A stretch of 46,595 nt of DNA from positions 1-46,595 of IMG/VR virus record IMGVR_UViG_3300028897_000328. The stretch is one strand, 5' to 3'. The stretch comes from a virus (Duplodnaviria > Caudoviricetes). The notes beneath the pieces are model-generated. The model worked only from the letters and a program-made list of their open reading frames with translations, was not told the DNA's origin and did not search any database. The position numbers and the translations under genes were made by a program. This document shows positions 8,101 to 18,142 of this stretch, in pieces (the stretch's first letter is position 1; the number at the start of each line of letters is the position of its first letter).

Positions 8101-9325
8101 CAAATATAATACAATTGACATTCTTGAGTTTCGCGGATTGTATGCCGACAAAGAGGATACTTCTGATCAGTTTCCTACAAGTGGATCTCCTTATCAGCTT
8201 AATTTAGTTTCTTATACAGGAATTCTTGCTTCTAGGAAAGGTCGACTTCGTATTAATGATACAGCGTATGGAAATAAGGTCACCAGTTTAGTTTCCTATT
8301 TAGATAGAAATAATGTAGAGCATTTAGTATTTAGTATTGAAAATAGTGCCGAGGGTTTGGAAACACTTGACGGATCTTTAAAAGTCGAGTCTAATATTGG
8401 ATTAAGGAAACCTTTAGAGGCTGTCTGGTCTATTCTTTATAATGATGAGTCTGATTATATTTATGATATGAAGATCCGAAATGATTATGTATATTTCTTG
8501 ACGTTTAATTCACTTTCAGGCCATACTAGGATTTTAAAATATTCTAAAGAGGGAGTCTACCAAGGAGCCCATCTGTTTAGTGATTCGGCTTCCAGGACCG
8601 CTTTTGATATTGATGAGGATGAGAGTATTTACATCTTTAAACCTGATGCTGGAACCGAAGATTCTATCGAACAATGGGTTTGGGGAGGAACGATTGCTTC
8701 GGCTTCCGTTGTGTTGGCAACAGGAGTTGGAGCTACGGCGTATTACCTTTTATTGAATGGTCAGGATTTATACGTTGCTTATTATACTGATGGGGGAGAC
8801 GATAAAATTGACCGATTCAACTTATCATTGGTACTTCAAGCCAATTTACTTAATTTGTCAGATACTCTTTGGACCAATAGTATCAGTCTTACTGATAACG
8901 GGACTATTTTTGTTACTCGTCGAAATTCTGCTGGAACGACTAGGGAACTTCGTTATTGGGACGGGGCTTCGTGGGATGCAATTTCTGGATTCTTTGGGAA
9001 TTTGCCGACAAAAGTAGTTTGTCGTGAGGACAAGATTTATTTAGCTTTTGTAGATGATACATTAACAGGAGCATCACAAGCGGCATTTTACGTTTATGAC
9101 ATACATTGGAATTATTTGGAAAGAATGGGAAATGTGTATTTATCAGCCGCAACCAAAAACAAAGCTTGGGATATTACTTCGGTTATTGCAAATGAAACTG
9201 CTTCGGTAGAAGCGGGACGAATTCTTTTTGATTTGGATGATGAGCATATTTTTGTTGTGGATGGGATTGCCGATACAAGTTATACGATTAATATTTTAAC
9301 TGTTATCAAAAAGTTTAGGAGATAA
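8087..9325 (+). CDS. Nozzle/stabilisation-protein N-terminal segment fused to a beta-propeller-like domain
   Basis: Likely start ATG 8087 (GAGG upstream); FRGLY...SPYQLN...GILASRKG resembles podovirus nozzle N-termini; the rest is repeated short beta strands. Confidence 0.55.
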   Translation: MDGLNKYNTIDILEFRGLYADKEDTSDQFPTSGSPYQLNLVSYTGILASRKGRLRINDTAYGNKVTSLVSYLDRNNVEHLVFSIENSAEGLETLDGSLKVESNIGLRKPLEAVWSILYNDESDYIYDMKIRNDYVYFLTFNSLSGHTRILKYSKEGVYQGAHLFSDSASRTAFDIDEDESIYIFKPDAGTEDSIEQWVWGGTIASASVVLATGVGATAYYLLLNGQDLYVAYYTDGGDDKIDRFNLSLVLQANLLNLSDTLWTNSISLTDNGTIFVTRRNSAGTTRELRYWDGASWDAISGFFGNLPTKVVCREDKIYLAFVDDTLTGASQAAFYVYDIHWNYLERMGNVYLSAATKNKAWDITSVIANETASVEAGRILFDLDDEHIFVVDGIADTSYTINILTVIKKFRR

Positions 9326-9326
9326 C

Positions 9327-12300
9327 GTGGCTAGTAATTTAATTACCGCTATTTTAGGAAAACAATTTAGATCGGTTCAAGTGGACCGCTTACTTTATTT
9401 GACCGATGGTTTAACTCGGCCCAAAATGTTTGACGGAACCGATCTAGTTAATTGGGGAATTGACTGTCCAGCAACAGCCCCCGTAGCGGCGGCCTCGTCT
9501 ACGGGCCTTAATGATGTAGACCTTTGTGAGCTTAGGTGGACTTCAGCCTCAACACAAGTTGAAGCTTGTGATTCGGCCTGGACCTTAGATCCTGCATGGT
9601 CGGTTGACGGCCTTGCTTCAATATCCTTAAGTCTCTATAAAGAAGGATCTGCCTCTGCTTCATTTTTATTTGGTACAAGTGTTCCTCCGCTTAGTTCAAA
9701 TAGTGTTTTAATGCTTCATGGTGACGGATCTGATGGAGATACAACAACAGTAGATTCTTCAGCTTCAGAACATAGTGTTACTTTTAATGGAACAACAGAA
9801 TTAGATAATGCGCAATTTAAATTTGGAACAACCTCATTTTTATTTAATGGAGGTACTTCTGATTATTTAACGGTTCCTGATAGCTCAGATTGGGATTTTG
9901 GAACAGGTGATTATACCATTGAATGTCAATTTAGAATTAGTACAATGATGGCTAATAATAAAATCTATACTCTATTTTATTCAATTTCAGGAGGAAAAGG
10001 GTTTTGGTTGCGAGTATATAAAACAGGCGGGGGTGTAATAACGATTGGATTAACTCATAATGCAACCGCCATATTTGACGAGGCTTATACTTTTGTTACA
10101 GATACATGGTATCATATTAGAGCAACTAGATCAAGCGGTGTGGCAAAGATATTTGTTAACGGTGTTCAAATCGGAGGAGATGTTGCGGCTACGCAAGATA
10201 TTACTGGCGGGGGAATTCTTGGTCTTGGAGGAATTGCAGGATTAGGGGCGGGAAATTATTTTATTGGCCATATAGATGAAATCCGAATTGATAAGGGAGT
10301 AGCTTTAAGTACCAGTGCCTTTTTGCCTCCAACCGAGGCTTACGGGAATTTTATTGATTTAGACTATGATCCATTGGGTGTAACCGGATTAGTGGCTTAT
10401 AAAGATATCGGTTCTATTGATTTATCAGGTTATTGGGGTATTCAATTCTGGATCAGAAGTTCTAAAGAAACAAGCGCAGGAGATTTAGAACTTGTTTTAT
10501 ACGATTCAGGAAGTGCAGTAGCCGAACTTGAACGAATTTCTTGTCCCGCATTGTTACCTGATGTCTGGACACAAATAAAACTTCCGTTTACAGATCCCGC
10601 AACTTTAACGACTATTCAAAGTCTTGGGTTATGGCTTAATGCTGATCTTGGAAAAAATGCAGTTTATTTGGATGATATTCGGGCTCTCCGATGCAAGATT
10701 ACCTTGGATACCTCGATCCGTACAGAAGGAGCATCTTCAATTAAGATTGAAGTTCCAGGAAATATTCCTGACAATACTTTATTGGCCTATTATAATCATA
10801 CGGCAATTGATTTTAGCGGAGATGCAAAAGTCTTTTTTGACGTGCGATCAAATGTTGATTTAGGATATCAAACTTTACAATTTTTGTTGGATGATACGGC
10901 AAATTGTGTATCTCCGACTAATTTATTATATATTGATCCAAATTTGGCAAAAGATACTTGGCATCCTGTTGGACTTACATTATCGACTCCAATGGCGGGA
11001 ATTGTTAGTCATGGACTTAAACTTATTCAGCAAAATCAAACACCCTGTACAATTTGGATTGATAATATTCGTCGTGGTGCAGGGGCGGCAGGAAATTTAA
11101 GCGGAAGGTATTTTGCTTGGGTTTCTTTCTATTCATCTAAATATGATAGAGAATCTGATTTATCGCCGATTTCAAATGTAGTAACGGCTGAGGGTCAGGC
11201 AATTTCTCTTTCAAGTATTCCTGTTTCTACTGACTCACAAGTAGATATGCGCCGTATTTACCGATCAGCGGCGGGTGGGACTGTTCCTTATTTAGATCAA
11301 ACGATCAAAGATAATACGACAACGGTTGCAACTCTAATAAGATCGGATATTTCACTTTTGAATGATACCCGTCATCCAAGTGGGGAGGAAGGATCTGGAA
11401 AATTTAATCCTCCACCAGCTTTTAAATATATGACAGTAAAAGACAATAGAATTATCGGAGTCGGGGCTGGTATCTACTCACGCGGTACAGTAAATGTGCA
11501 AAACGCCTCAGCAACTTTTACTTTTAACAATGCAGATTTGGATGAGACTTTTGTTGGTAGGAAGATTCGTATTTTAGGGGATCAAGAAGAATATTTAATT
11601 GAGTCTGTTAATGCTGTGGCAGGAACGGCTGTGGCTCGGCCAATTGATGATCTTATTTCGGGGACATATAAGGGCACTACCCGAAATAACCTAATTTATC
11701 AAATTTTTGGTGATGAAAATACCATTTATACGTCTTATATTGATGATTTTAATGTTCCAAGACTACATGGATTTCCTTTAGATCAGGCTCAAACAATTGA
11801 GGGGGGAAAGGCTACTGATTTAATTATGGGAATTGGTTTGGTTGGGGGAGCCATTTTAATTCCGAAAAAATCATCCACTTTTGTTGCCGAAGGGACTTAT
11901 CCCCCATATACAATCGGAAGTCCGATTAGCGATACTCTTGGATGTGTGTCCCATAATACGATTCAAACGGATTTATCTGGTAGGGCGGTATGGCTTTCAG
12001 GAAAAAGCGGGTTAGTTTTTTCTGATGGTTTTAATGTTGTTAATATTTCTAAAAAGATGAGAAAAATTTTCGATGGATCACATGAACTTGGATTAAATAT
12101 TTCACTTTATTCTGAGGCTCATGCAATTATGGACGTTACCAATAATCGGTATTATTTATTTTGTGCCAGTAAAAATTCCAGTCGAAATGATGTTATTATT
12201 GTGGTAGATATGGTTGCCGAAAATGTGAACGATTGGGCTTTTTATTATTTTACAGGAGTTGAGGCTGTGTCTTCAATGATTCTCTATGACGAGAACAGTG

Positions 12301-12920
12301 TTCCTTCTATTTATATAGGGGATTATGAGGGGATTATCTCTCGGTTGGAGGTTGGGTATTATGATGGGATTTCGTTAGGAACTTTGCGTGGCAATCCAAC
12401 TTCTGCAACCGTTAACACCTTAACAGATACTTCAGCAAAATTTTTTACCAACGGTTCTGGTTTAGCTGGAATTCCATTGGTAGTAGAAGATCCAGATACA
12501 GGAGAGACTTGGACTTATACTATTTTATCCAATACAGGAACGGTCATTACAATTGATGGTGTCTTTGAAGAAATTCCGACCATCACATTTAATTATTATG
12601 TCGGAGGTTATGTAATTGCTTGGAAATCAAAAGTCGGATATCCTGAACGGGCTACAGATGAAGCCGAACTTTTTGATTCGGCCATTAATTATGCGGCTTT
12701 ATCCGAATCTCGGTATCTTCGAGTAAAGTTAAATCAGAAATTATCCAAACAAAATATTTTAGATTATTTGGCCGATCTAGGTGATACTTCTGAAAAATCT
12801 ATTATGTTAGTTGCTACAAGAGTCCCAAGTGTTCAGTGGGATCTTTCAGGAGTTTGTCACGGTGAAGAGATTAAGATTCATGCGTTAGGAATTCGATTTA
12901 TACGACAAGGAGTAGTTTAA
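9327..12920 (+). CDS. Tail nozzle/stabilisation protein (P22 gp10-like role) with inserted LamG and carbohydrate-binding-like domains
   Basis: GTG start with AGGAG RBS; LYLTDG..P..FDG, WGI..P..AP, ESDLSP, RRIYRS, LGCVSHNTI, YVIAWKS motifs; LamG at about 9700-10345. Confidence 0.75.
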   Translation: MASNLITAILGKQFRSVQVDRLLYLTDGLTRPKMFDGTDLVNWGIDCPATAPVAAASSTGLNDVDLCELRWTSASTQVEACDSAWTLDPAWSVDGLASISLSLYKEGSASASFLFGTSVPPLSSNSVLMLHGDGSDGDTTTVDSSASEHSVTFNGTTELDNAQFKFGTTSFLFNGGTSDYLTVPDSSDWDFGTGDYTIECQFRISTMMANNKIYTLFYSISGGKGFWLRVYKTGGGVITIGLTHNATAIFDEAYTFVTDTWYHIRATRSSGVAKIFVNGVQIGGDVAATQDITGGGILGLGGIAGLGAGNYFIGHIDEIRIDKGVALSTSAFLPPTEAYGNFIDLDYDPLGVTGLVAYKDIGSIDLSGYWGIQFWIRSSKETSAGDLELVLYDSGSAVAELERISCPALLPDVWTQIKLPFTDPATLTTIQSLGLWLNADLGKNAVYLDDIRALRCKITLDTSIRTEGASSIKIEVPGNIPDNTLLAYYNHTAIDFSGDAKVFFDVRSNVDLGYQTLQFLLDDTANCVSPTNLLYIDPNLAKDTWHPVGLTLSTPMAGIVSHGLKLIQQNQTPCTIWIDNIRRGAGAAGNLSGRYFAWVSFYSSKYDRESDLSPISNVVTAEGQAISLSSIPVSTDSQVDMRRIYRSAAGGTVPYLDQTIKDNTTTVATLIRSDISLLNDTRHPSGEEGSGKFNPPPAFKYMTVKDNRIIGVGAGIYSRGTVNVQNASATFTFNNADLDETFVGRKIRILGDQEEYLIESVNAVAGTAVARPIDDLISGTYKGTTRNNLIYQIFGDENTIYTSYIDDFNVPRLHGFPLDQAQTIEGGKATDLIMGIGLVGGAILIPKKSSTFVAEGTYPPYTIGSPISDTLGCVSHNTIQTDLSGRAVWLSGKSGLVFSDGFNVVNISKKMRKIFDGSHELGLNISLYSEAHAIMDVTNNRYYLFCASKNSSRNDVIIVVDMVAENVNDWAFYYFTGVEAVSSMILYDENSVPSIYIGDYEGIISRLEVGYYDGISLGTLRGNPTSATVNTLTDTSAKFFTNGSGLAGIPLVVEDPDTGETWTYTILSNTGTVITIDGVFEEIPTITFNYYVGGYVIAWKSKVGYPERATDEAELFDSAINYAALSESRYLRVKLNQKLSKQNILDYLADLGDTSEKSIMLVATRVPSVQWDLSGVCHGEEIKIHALGIRFIRQGVV

Positions 12921-13714
12921 TGTCAACAGTTAAACGTGGTGGTCATGTTTCTTTTAGGCGGCCAGGAATTGATCCCAAGATTGGTACACTATTGTCACGG
13001 TTAGTAAACGGACTTCCTGATGTTACTTATGGGACTGATTTTCCAATTGTACCAACTTGGGGAGATATGCACTATTATACTGGTGAGACTGATGATCTGT
13101 ATACCAAAAATAAATGGTATGCTTACACTCCAAATGAATCGTGGGAATCTATGAACGCTTCCGTTGTTGAGGGATCAGCTTTGCGCGGAGATATTCCAAG
13201 TGGGGTAACGATTGCAGATTACCTTTCTAAATTCGGCGGTAAAATGGAAGGGTTAATTGAGTTCAGCGAGGCTCAAACTCTTCCTGCCGAAAAGTTAGTT
13301 GGTGAAATTCCTTCAGGAGTCCTTATAAGAGATTATTTGAAGACGCTTGGCGGGAATCTTCTTGGGACTCTTTTTATGACTCACCATGATATTCGTGAGA
13401 TCAAAAGGCTTCAAGGATATGATGCTCAGATTTATGTAGAGATGGGTGTAGACGGAAATTTGACTTTATCTGCGGATTCCCTATTAACCTTATCTGCCGC
13501 AGTAATTACTTTAATAGGGGCTTTATCTCTTATAGGAGATTTATCAGTTTCAGGTTCAATGGTATCGTCAAATATTCAAGCTGGAGCAATACTTAATCAG
13601 GATTGTTCCATAGGAACTTCACCTGATTTTAGCGGAGCGAATTTTCATAATTATAATCTTGTGGTCCATGACGGAGATGTTGTAACTCATAATGGAGAGG
13701 TGGTACACAACTAA
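12920..13714 (+). CDS. Putative tail fibre/needle-like protein
   Basis: Coupled to nozzle; duplicated G(D/E)IPSGVxIxDYL..GG unit; beta-repeat C-terminus. Confidence 0.5.
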   Translation: MSTVKRGGHVSFRRPGIDPKIGTLLSRLVNGLPDVTYGTDFPIVPTWGDMHYYTGETDDLYTKNKWYAYTPNESWESMNASVVEGSALRGDIPSGVTIADYLSKFGGKMEGLIEFSEAQTLPAEKLVGEIPSGVLIRDYLKTLGGNLLGTLFMTHHDIREIKRLQGYDAQIYVEMGVDGNLTLSADSLLTLSAAVITLIGALSLIGDLSVSGSMVSSNIQAGAILNQDCSIGTSPDFSGANFHNYNLVVHDGDVVTHNGEVVHN

Positions 13715-14088
13715 TGTATTTACAAGAAAATGCGATTACCAAATTAGCAACAGTAGCCGATGTGGACGTAAATGTTACCACTAAAACTACTATTTTTACC
13801 GTACCGACAGGAAAAAAGGCAATCATCACTCATCTTATTTTTAGAGATGCGTCTATTTCATTGACAACTGCAAGTTGGGGGATTGGATTTGATGCAGGAG
13901 CAATTGATGTGGTAGCTGATGAGACTTATACTGAACTTACTGGAAATACTTTATTAACGATTAGACAAGCCAAGGACGGCGCAAAACTTGGTGCGGCGGC
14001 AGATATTCTTGGGCTCAAATGTAGTATTGCTCAAGGTGCGGCGGCAACGATTGATGTAGATGTTTTTGGATATCTTATTGATGCTTAA
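13714..14088 (+). CDS. Small beta-sandwich virion protein
   Basis: TIFTVPTGKKAII...IDVDVFGYL pattern; coupled to upstream gene. Confidence 0.55.
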   Translation: MYLQENAITKLATVADVDVNVTTKTTIFTVPTGKKAIITHLIFRDASISLTTASWGIGFDAGAIDVVADETYTELTGNTLLTIRQAKDGAKLGAAADILGLKCSIAQGAAATIDVDVFGYLIDA

Positions 14089-14105
14089 AGCAAAGGAGAA
14101 CTAAT

Positions 14106-15665
14106 ATGGCATGGGGAACAGGAGCAGGAACATGGGGTTCGGCACAAGCTGGACCTGATATTTACCAAGCGGCCTTGGTAACGAGAGATAGAGCCTTACA
14201 AGGTCGGCAGGATGCGATTGATGTTTTAAGGCGTACTATCTCCCAATTGGAAGGCAATCCAATGGCTCAACTCCTTCAAGAAAAGCTAGAATTGATTATT
14301 GAGCATCCGTCCGTTATTACTGACGAGGTATTTAATAATATTATGTCAGCTACTAATGAAATGTTGGATGCAACTTATGATTCGGAAACTCGGCAGTTTT
14401 TAGATACGGCTAGGGCAAGGGGGATTACAGGACCAGCCTTACAGTCTCAGCTTCAAAAGGCTAAATCGGCAAAGACTCAAGCATTAGCTCAAGCTTATCG
14501 AGATGCTGTTATCGCTAGGGCACAAGAAGGCCGTACAACTCAACTTGAAGCGGTTAATCAATTAAATAATTTTTTATCTAATTTCTTTAATCAGAAAAGG
14601 GTATTGACAGAAGATCTTGCAAATGTTCTTAGATCCGTAGTCGAGGAGCCTTATGTAAATCCAGGGCCTCCCGCGTTACCGCAAGCCCCTAGTGCTGGTG
14701 GGGCTGGGGGAGCAGGAGCCTGGGTTCCTATTATGGGTGAGTATCCTGGGGCTCCTGGTGGAAGTATCGCAGAACGCGCAAGGCAACGAATGGAAGAGGA
14801 TATCGCTAAAATGCGGGAACGATATCTTGGAACAGGACCTTTGGGAGCTAGGGGAGAAGAGGGTCGTAATATTATGGGAGTATCTACTCAAGCCCAAGCC
14901 GATCAATTAGCTCAACAGCAAAAACAAATTGAACAGTTACAAGCGGCTCAACCTTCGGCTACCGTTGCTTTACCTGAGTCTGTACCTGGAACTGGTTATG
15001 TTGAAACTGCGGGTGGAGGGGGCCGCCTTTCTGCCGAGGATCTTCAAAGCCAGCTACAAGAGCAAGCAACTCAGGCCATTCAACGGACTATGCCTCAGCC
15101 TCTTCCTTCAGGAGCAGAATCGGCTGAAGCTATGGCAGGACGAATTGCTCAATATGGATCAATGGAGCCAGGAGTTCAAGTTCAAAATGTTCGTCTTCCG
15201 ATGGGTGGGACCGTTTCCAGTTATGCAGAACCTACCGCAAGAGGTGGAGTAGAATCTAGTTTACAACTACCTGGCCAACAGCAACCGTTGGTGTATGGAG
15301 GTGGGGTTCAAGAAACTCAAAGAGTTGTGGGAGAATTGCTTCCTAAATATGGAGCCGAGGCCTTAATCGGAACTTCTGAAGGTGCTGGTGTCCGAACTGG
15401 AACGGTAATGCCAGCTAGTGCTACTTACGATCCTAGAAAAAATCAACAGCAAAATTTGTTGGCTTGGCAGGAATTCCTAAAACGGGCAAGAGCTAGTGGT
15501 GATCCAAAACTTATGGCCGTTACTATGACAGAATTTATGGGTGGGGGAACTAGCGGAACTCCAACAACTAGAAAAGGTCAAGCCCTTGTGAATAAACTTC
15601 GAGATGAAGGTGGTGGGGCAGGAACCGTTATAGAAACCTCTGAGGGTTTCGGAGTGAGGAAATAA
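14106..15665 (+). CDS. Putative internal virion (ejection) protein 1
   Basis: Helical A/Q-rich N-half, low-complexity G/P/Q C-half; post-tail position; AGGAG RBS. Confidence 0.55.
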   Translation: MAWGTGAGTWGSAQAGPDIYQAALVTRDRALQGRQDAIDVLRRTISQLEGNPMAQLLQEKLELIIEHPSVITDEVFNNIMSATNEMLDATYDSETRQFLDTARARGITGPALQSQLQKAKSAKTQALAQAYRDAVIARAQEGRTTQLEAVNQLNNFLSNFFNQKRVLTEDLANVLRSVVEEPYVNPGPPALPQAPSAGGAGGAGAWVPIMGEYPGAPGGSIAERARQRMEEDIAKMRERYLGTGPLGARGEEGRNIMGVSTQAQADQLAQQQKQIEQLQAAQPSATVALPESVPGTGYVETAGGGGRLSAEDLQSQLQEQATQAIQRTMPQPLPSGAESAEAMAGRIAQYGSMEPGVQVQNVRLPMGGTVSSYAEPTARGGVESSLQLPGQQQPLVYGGGVQETQRVVGELLPKYGAEALIGTSEGAGVRTGTVMPASATYDPRKNQQQNLLAWQEFLKRARASGDPKLMAVTMTEFMGGGTSGTPTTRKGQALVNKLRDEGGGAGTVIETSEGFGVRK

Positions 15666-15666
15666 A

Positions 15667-16596
15667 ATGGCAACCGTAAAAACACTAACAGATTTTTATA
15701 TTGCACAAAATAAACTTGCCGTAGAAGCCGCAGGGCAAACGGCATCTTTGAAAGCGGCGGCTCAACGTCAAAGCCAAGCCATAGGTGCGGAAGCGGCTAT
15801 GGAAGCTAGACGATTAAAACAAATGGAGCAGTTAGAAAAATTTCGACAAAAGATGGAATCTATGCGGGAGGCTAGGCATTTATCTGCTCAGGAGCGTTTG
15901 GAGGTTGCAAAGCTTGAAGCCGAAGATGTTCGTAACAGAATGGCGGCTGAGGTTCGCTTAACCGAAGGAGAACGAGAACGTGAGTTGAAAAAAGAGTTAG
16001 AAAGATTAAAACAGCAAGGAGCAAAAGAGCGTACTGAATATAGTGCGGCTGAGGCTATGAAGAGAGCAAAACTTCAAGCAGAAACTCGGTTAAAGACGGC
16101 TGAGGGGACTCCCGCCGAACAACGATTAAAGGTGGCCCAAACGATTGAAGCCGAAGAACGTGCTAGGCTTTTGCGTCAACCCTCCAAAGAGGATTTGGTG
16201 GCTCAATTGCAAGCTTTGAAAGAAGCCAAGGATAAAAAAGCTATTAGTGGAGATATTTATAAAACCCAACGAAATTTAATTGAAGATCGTCTGTCACAAA
16301 GCGGGGTTGATATTGCCTCAGATCCAGATGTTTTAGATGTTATATTGCCTACGCCGCAAGAACGGGAACAAGAAGTGATGGCTTCAAGTAATCAGCTTTC
16401 CGATTCGATTAGACAAACAGCCGTGACTAAACTTCAAAATGAAATGGACAGGTTGTATACGATTCTTCAACAAGCCGAGATCGGAGAGGGTTTGCGCTGG
16501 GCCTCTCCAGAAGCAAGAACAAAAGGAATTTCACTTATCCAAAAAAGAATAGGAACATTAGAAAAGGAATTGCAGGATATCTTAGATGCCATTTAA
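15667..16596 (+). CDS. Putative internal virion (ejection) protein 2
   Basis: E/K/R/A/Q-rich coiled coil between ejection-type genes. Confidence 0.55.
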   Translation: MATVKTLTDFYIAQNKLAVEAAGQTASLKAAAQRQSQAIGAEAAMEARRLKQMEQLEKFRQKMESMREARHLSAQERLEVAKLEAEDVRNRMAAEVRLTEGERERELKKELERLKQQGAKERTEYSAAEAMKRAKLQAETRLKTAEGTPAEQRLKVAQTIEAEERARLLRQPSKEDLVAQLQALKEAKDKKAISGDIYKTQRNLIEDRLSQSGVDIASDPDVLDVILPTPQEREQEVMASSNQLSDSIRQTAVTKLQNEMDRLYTILQQAEIGEGLRWASPEARTKGISLIQKRIGTLEKELQDILDAI

Positions 16597-18118
16597 TTAT
16601 GAGTATACAGATCTTCCAGAGGAGTTACGCGATTTAATTACTCCTGCTGAGAAAGAACCAATTCAAGTTACTCAAGATGTTCGGACCGATCCAGAATTGG
16701 ATCGTCTTCTAGTTAAGTCCAAGCCCGAAGTACCCGACTTTGATCTTACAGGGCTTGAGAAGTACATCGTCCGAGATACTGAGGAGCTTACCCAAGATCA
16801 AGAAATCCATAAGGATAATATTGTTTCTACTCAAAAAAGGAATAATCTTGAAGGTTTGTGGGCGAATGTTCTTCAAGGAACAGCAGAGGCAGGAGCCGCT
16901 TTTTTCGGAGGATTACAAACAGCGGCAGAGGCAATTGGAAAACCTCTTGGCCTCAAGCCTAGTGGGACATTTAAAGATCTTCAAACAATGTATGAAGAAA
17001 ATGCTGAACTTTTAGATCAAGTTGGGTATCAAGGTGAAGGATTTTGGGCTGATGTAACAAAGACAACGGCAAGAGGTATTGGCCGTGTGCCGCTAGATTT
17101 TGCTCAAATTTTATCACTTGGAAAATTTGGACTCCCTATTCATTCGGCTATTACTTCTGGTCTTGATGCGGTTGGTGAGGGAAAAGACATAGATGAAGTT
17201 CTTGGTGCAACAGGGGGAGGAGCTTTAAAGGGAGCCCTACTTCATGGATTTTTAAAGGCTACTTCACTATTTCCCAAACGAATTTCGGTTCCTATTTCAG
17301 GAGCAGGGTTTGGTGCTATATCTGCGGCGGCAGGAGCCGAAGGTCCAGAAATTGTTTCCTCTGCAATTATTGGCGGTGGTTTACAAGCAGTAGGCCCATC
17401 TCCCAATTACAAAGCATGGGTGGCAGGAATTAAGTTAGCTAAACCAGCCGTTAAAGGTTTAGATTTTCAGGCCAATAAATATGCATTTTATAATAGATTT
17501 AAGGACTCGTCCACCAACTTTGATCAGTTAAAGTTGGATATCCTTCAGACAGCAAACAAATATCTTCCTGCTGAAATTATGGGGGATTTTACGGTCACGG
17601 TTAATGCAAATAAAGGAACTCAATCTATGCTTTCCATTATGGGAAAGGGTCCTGAAACATTAATTCGTGAGGCCAAAACGCCGCGTCAATTAGAAAAGGC
17701 TTTTGAAAAAGTTACAAAGAAAGTAGAGTCTCGGTTGGAAACTGAACGGGTTGAGGCGTTAAAAGCAAAAGGCTTTGGCAGGGTTTTAGAGAGTATGGCC
17801 GATACTTATATGATCAGCATGACCCCACTCCGCGTGGCCGATGCTTTGGGAGGCTATCAAAATTATGGGAGCTTAGATGCACGTTTGGTCAAAAGATTTT
17901 TTCATGCCGAAACCAGAGCCTACTCGGTTGGAAAATGGCTGGGGACAAAATATTGGGAAGAGATTCGAGATCTTGGGGTAAAGAGAATTGATCCAGAAAT
18001 GGAATTTCGTCTTACCTGTCATGGCTTAAAGCAGATGGGGGCTACAAATGCTTTGCATGAACTTTTACGGTCCAGGGGATTATCCGTACCTCCTCCGCTT
18101 CAAGGAACCGAAGCTTAA
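16586..18118 (+). CDS. Large ejection protein, N-terminal part
   Basis: Gly/Ala-rich helices; ends at a TAA in frame with the next ORF. Confidence 0.6.
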   Translation: MPFNYEYTDLPEELRDLITPAEKEPIQVTQDVRTDPELDRLLVKSKPEVPDFDLTGLEKYIVRDTEELTQDQEIHKDNIVSTQKRNNLEGLWANVLQGTAEAGAAFFGGLQTAAEAIGKPLGLKPSGTFKDLQTMYEENAELLDQVGYQGEGFWADVTKTTARGIGRVPLDFAQILSLGKFGLPIHSAITSGLDAVGEGKDIDEVLGATGGGALKGALLHGFLKATSLFPKRISVPISGAGFGAISAAAGAEGPEIVSSAIIGGGLQAVGPSPNYKAWVAGIKLAKPAVKGLDFQANKYAFYNRFKDSSTNFDQLKLDILQTANKYLPAEIMGDFTVTVNANKGTQSMLSIMGKGPETLIREAKTPRQLEKAFEKVTKKVESRLETERVEALKAKGFGRVLESMADTYMISMTPLRVADALGGYQNYGSLDARLVKRFFHAETRAYSVGKWLGTKYWEEIRDLGVKRIDPEMEFRLTCHGLKQMGATNALHELLRSRGLSVPPPLQGTEA

Positions 18119-18142
18119 ATCTTAAAGATCACGAATGAGTAT

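Noticed and set aside
18116-18118. Genome-wide stop-codon reassignment
   Set aside because: Conserved genes are intact in the standard code and TAA, TAG and TGA all end coupled genes.
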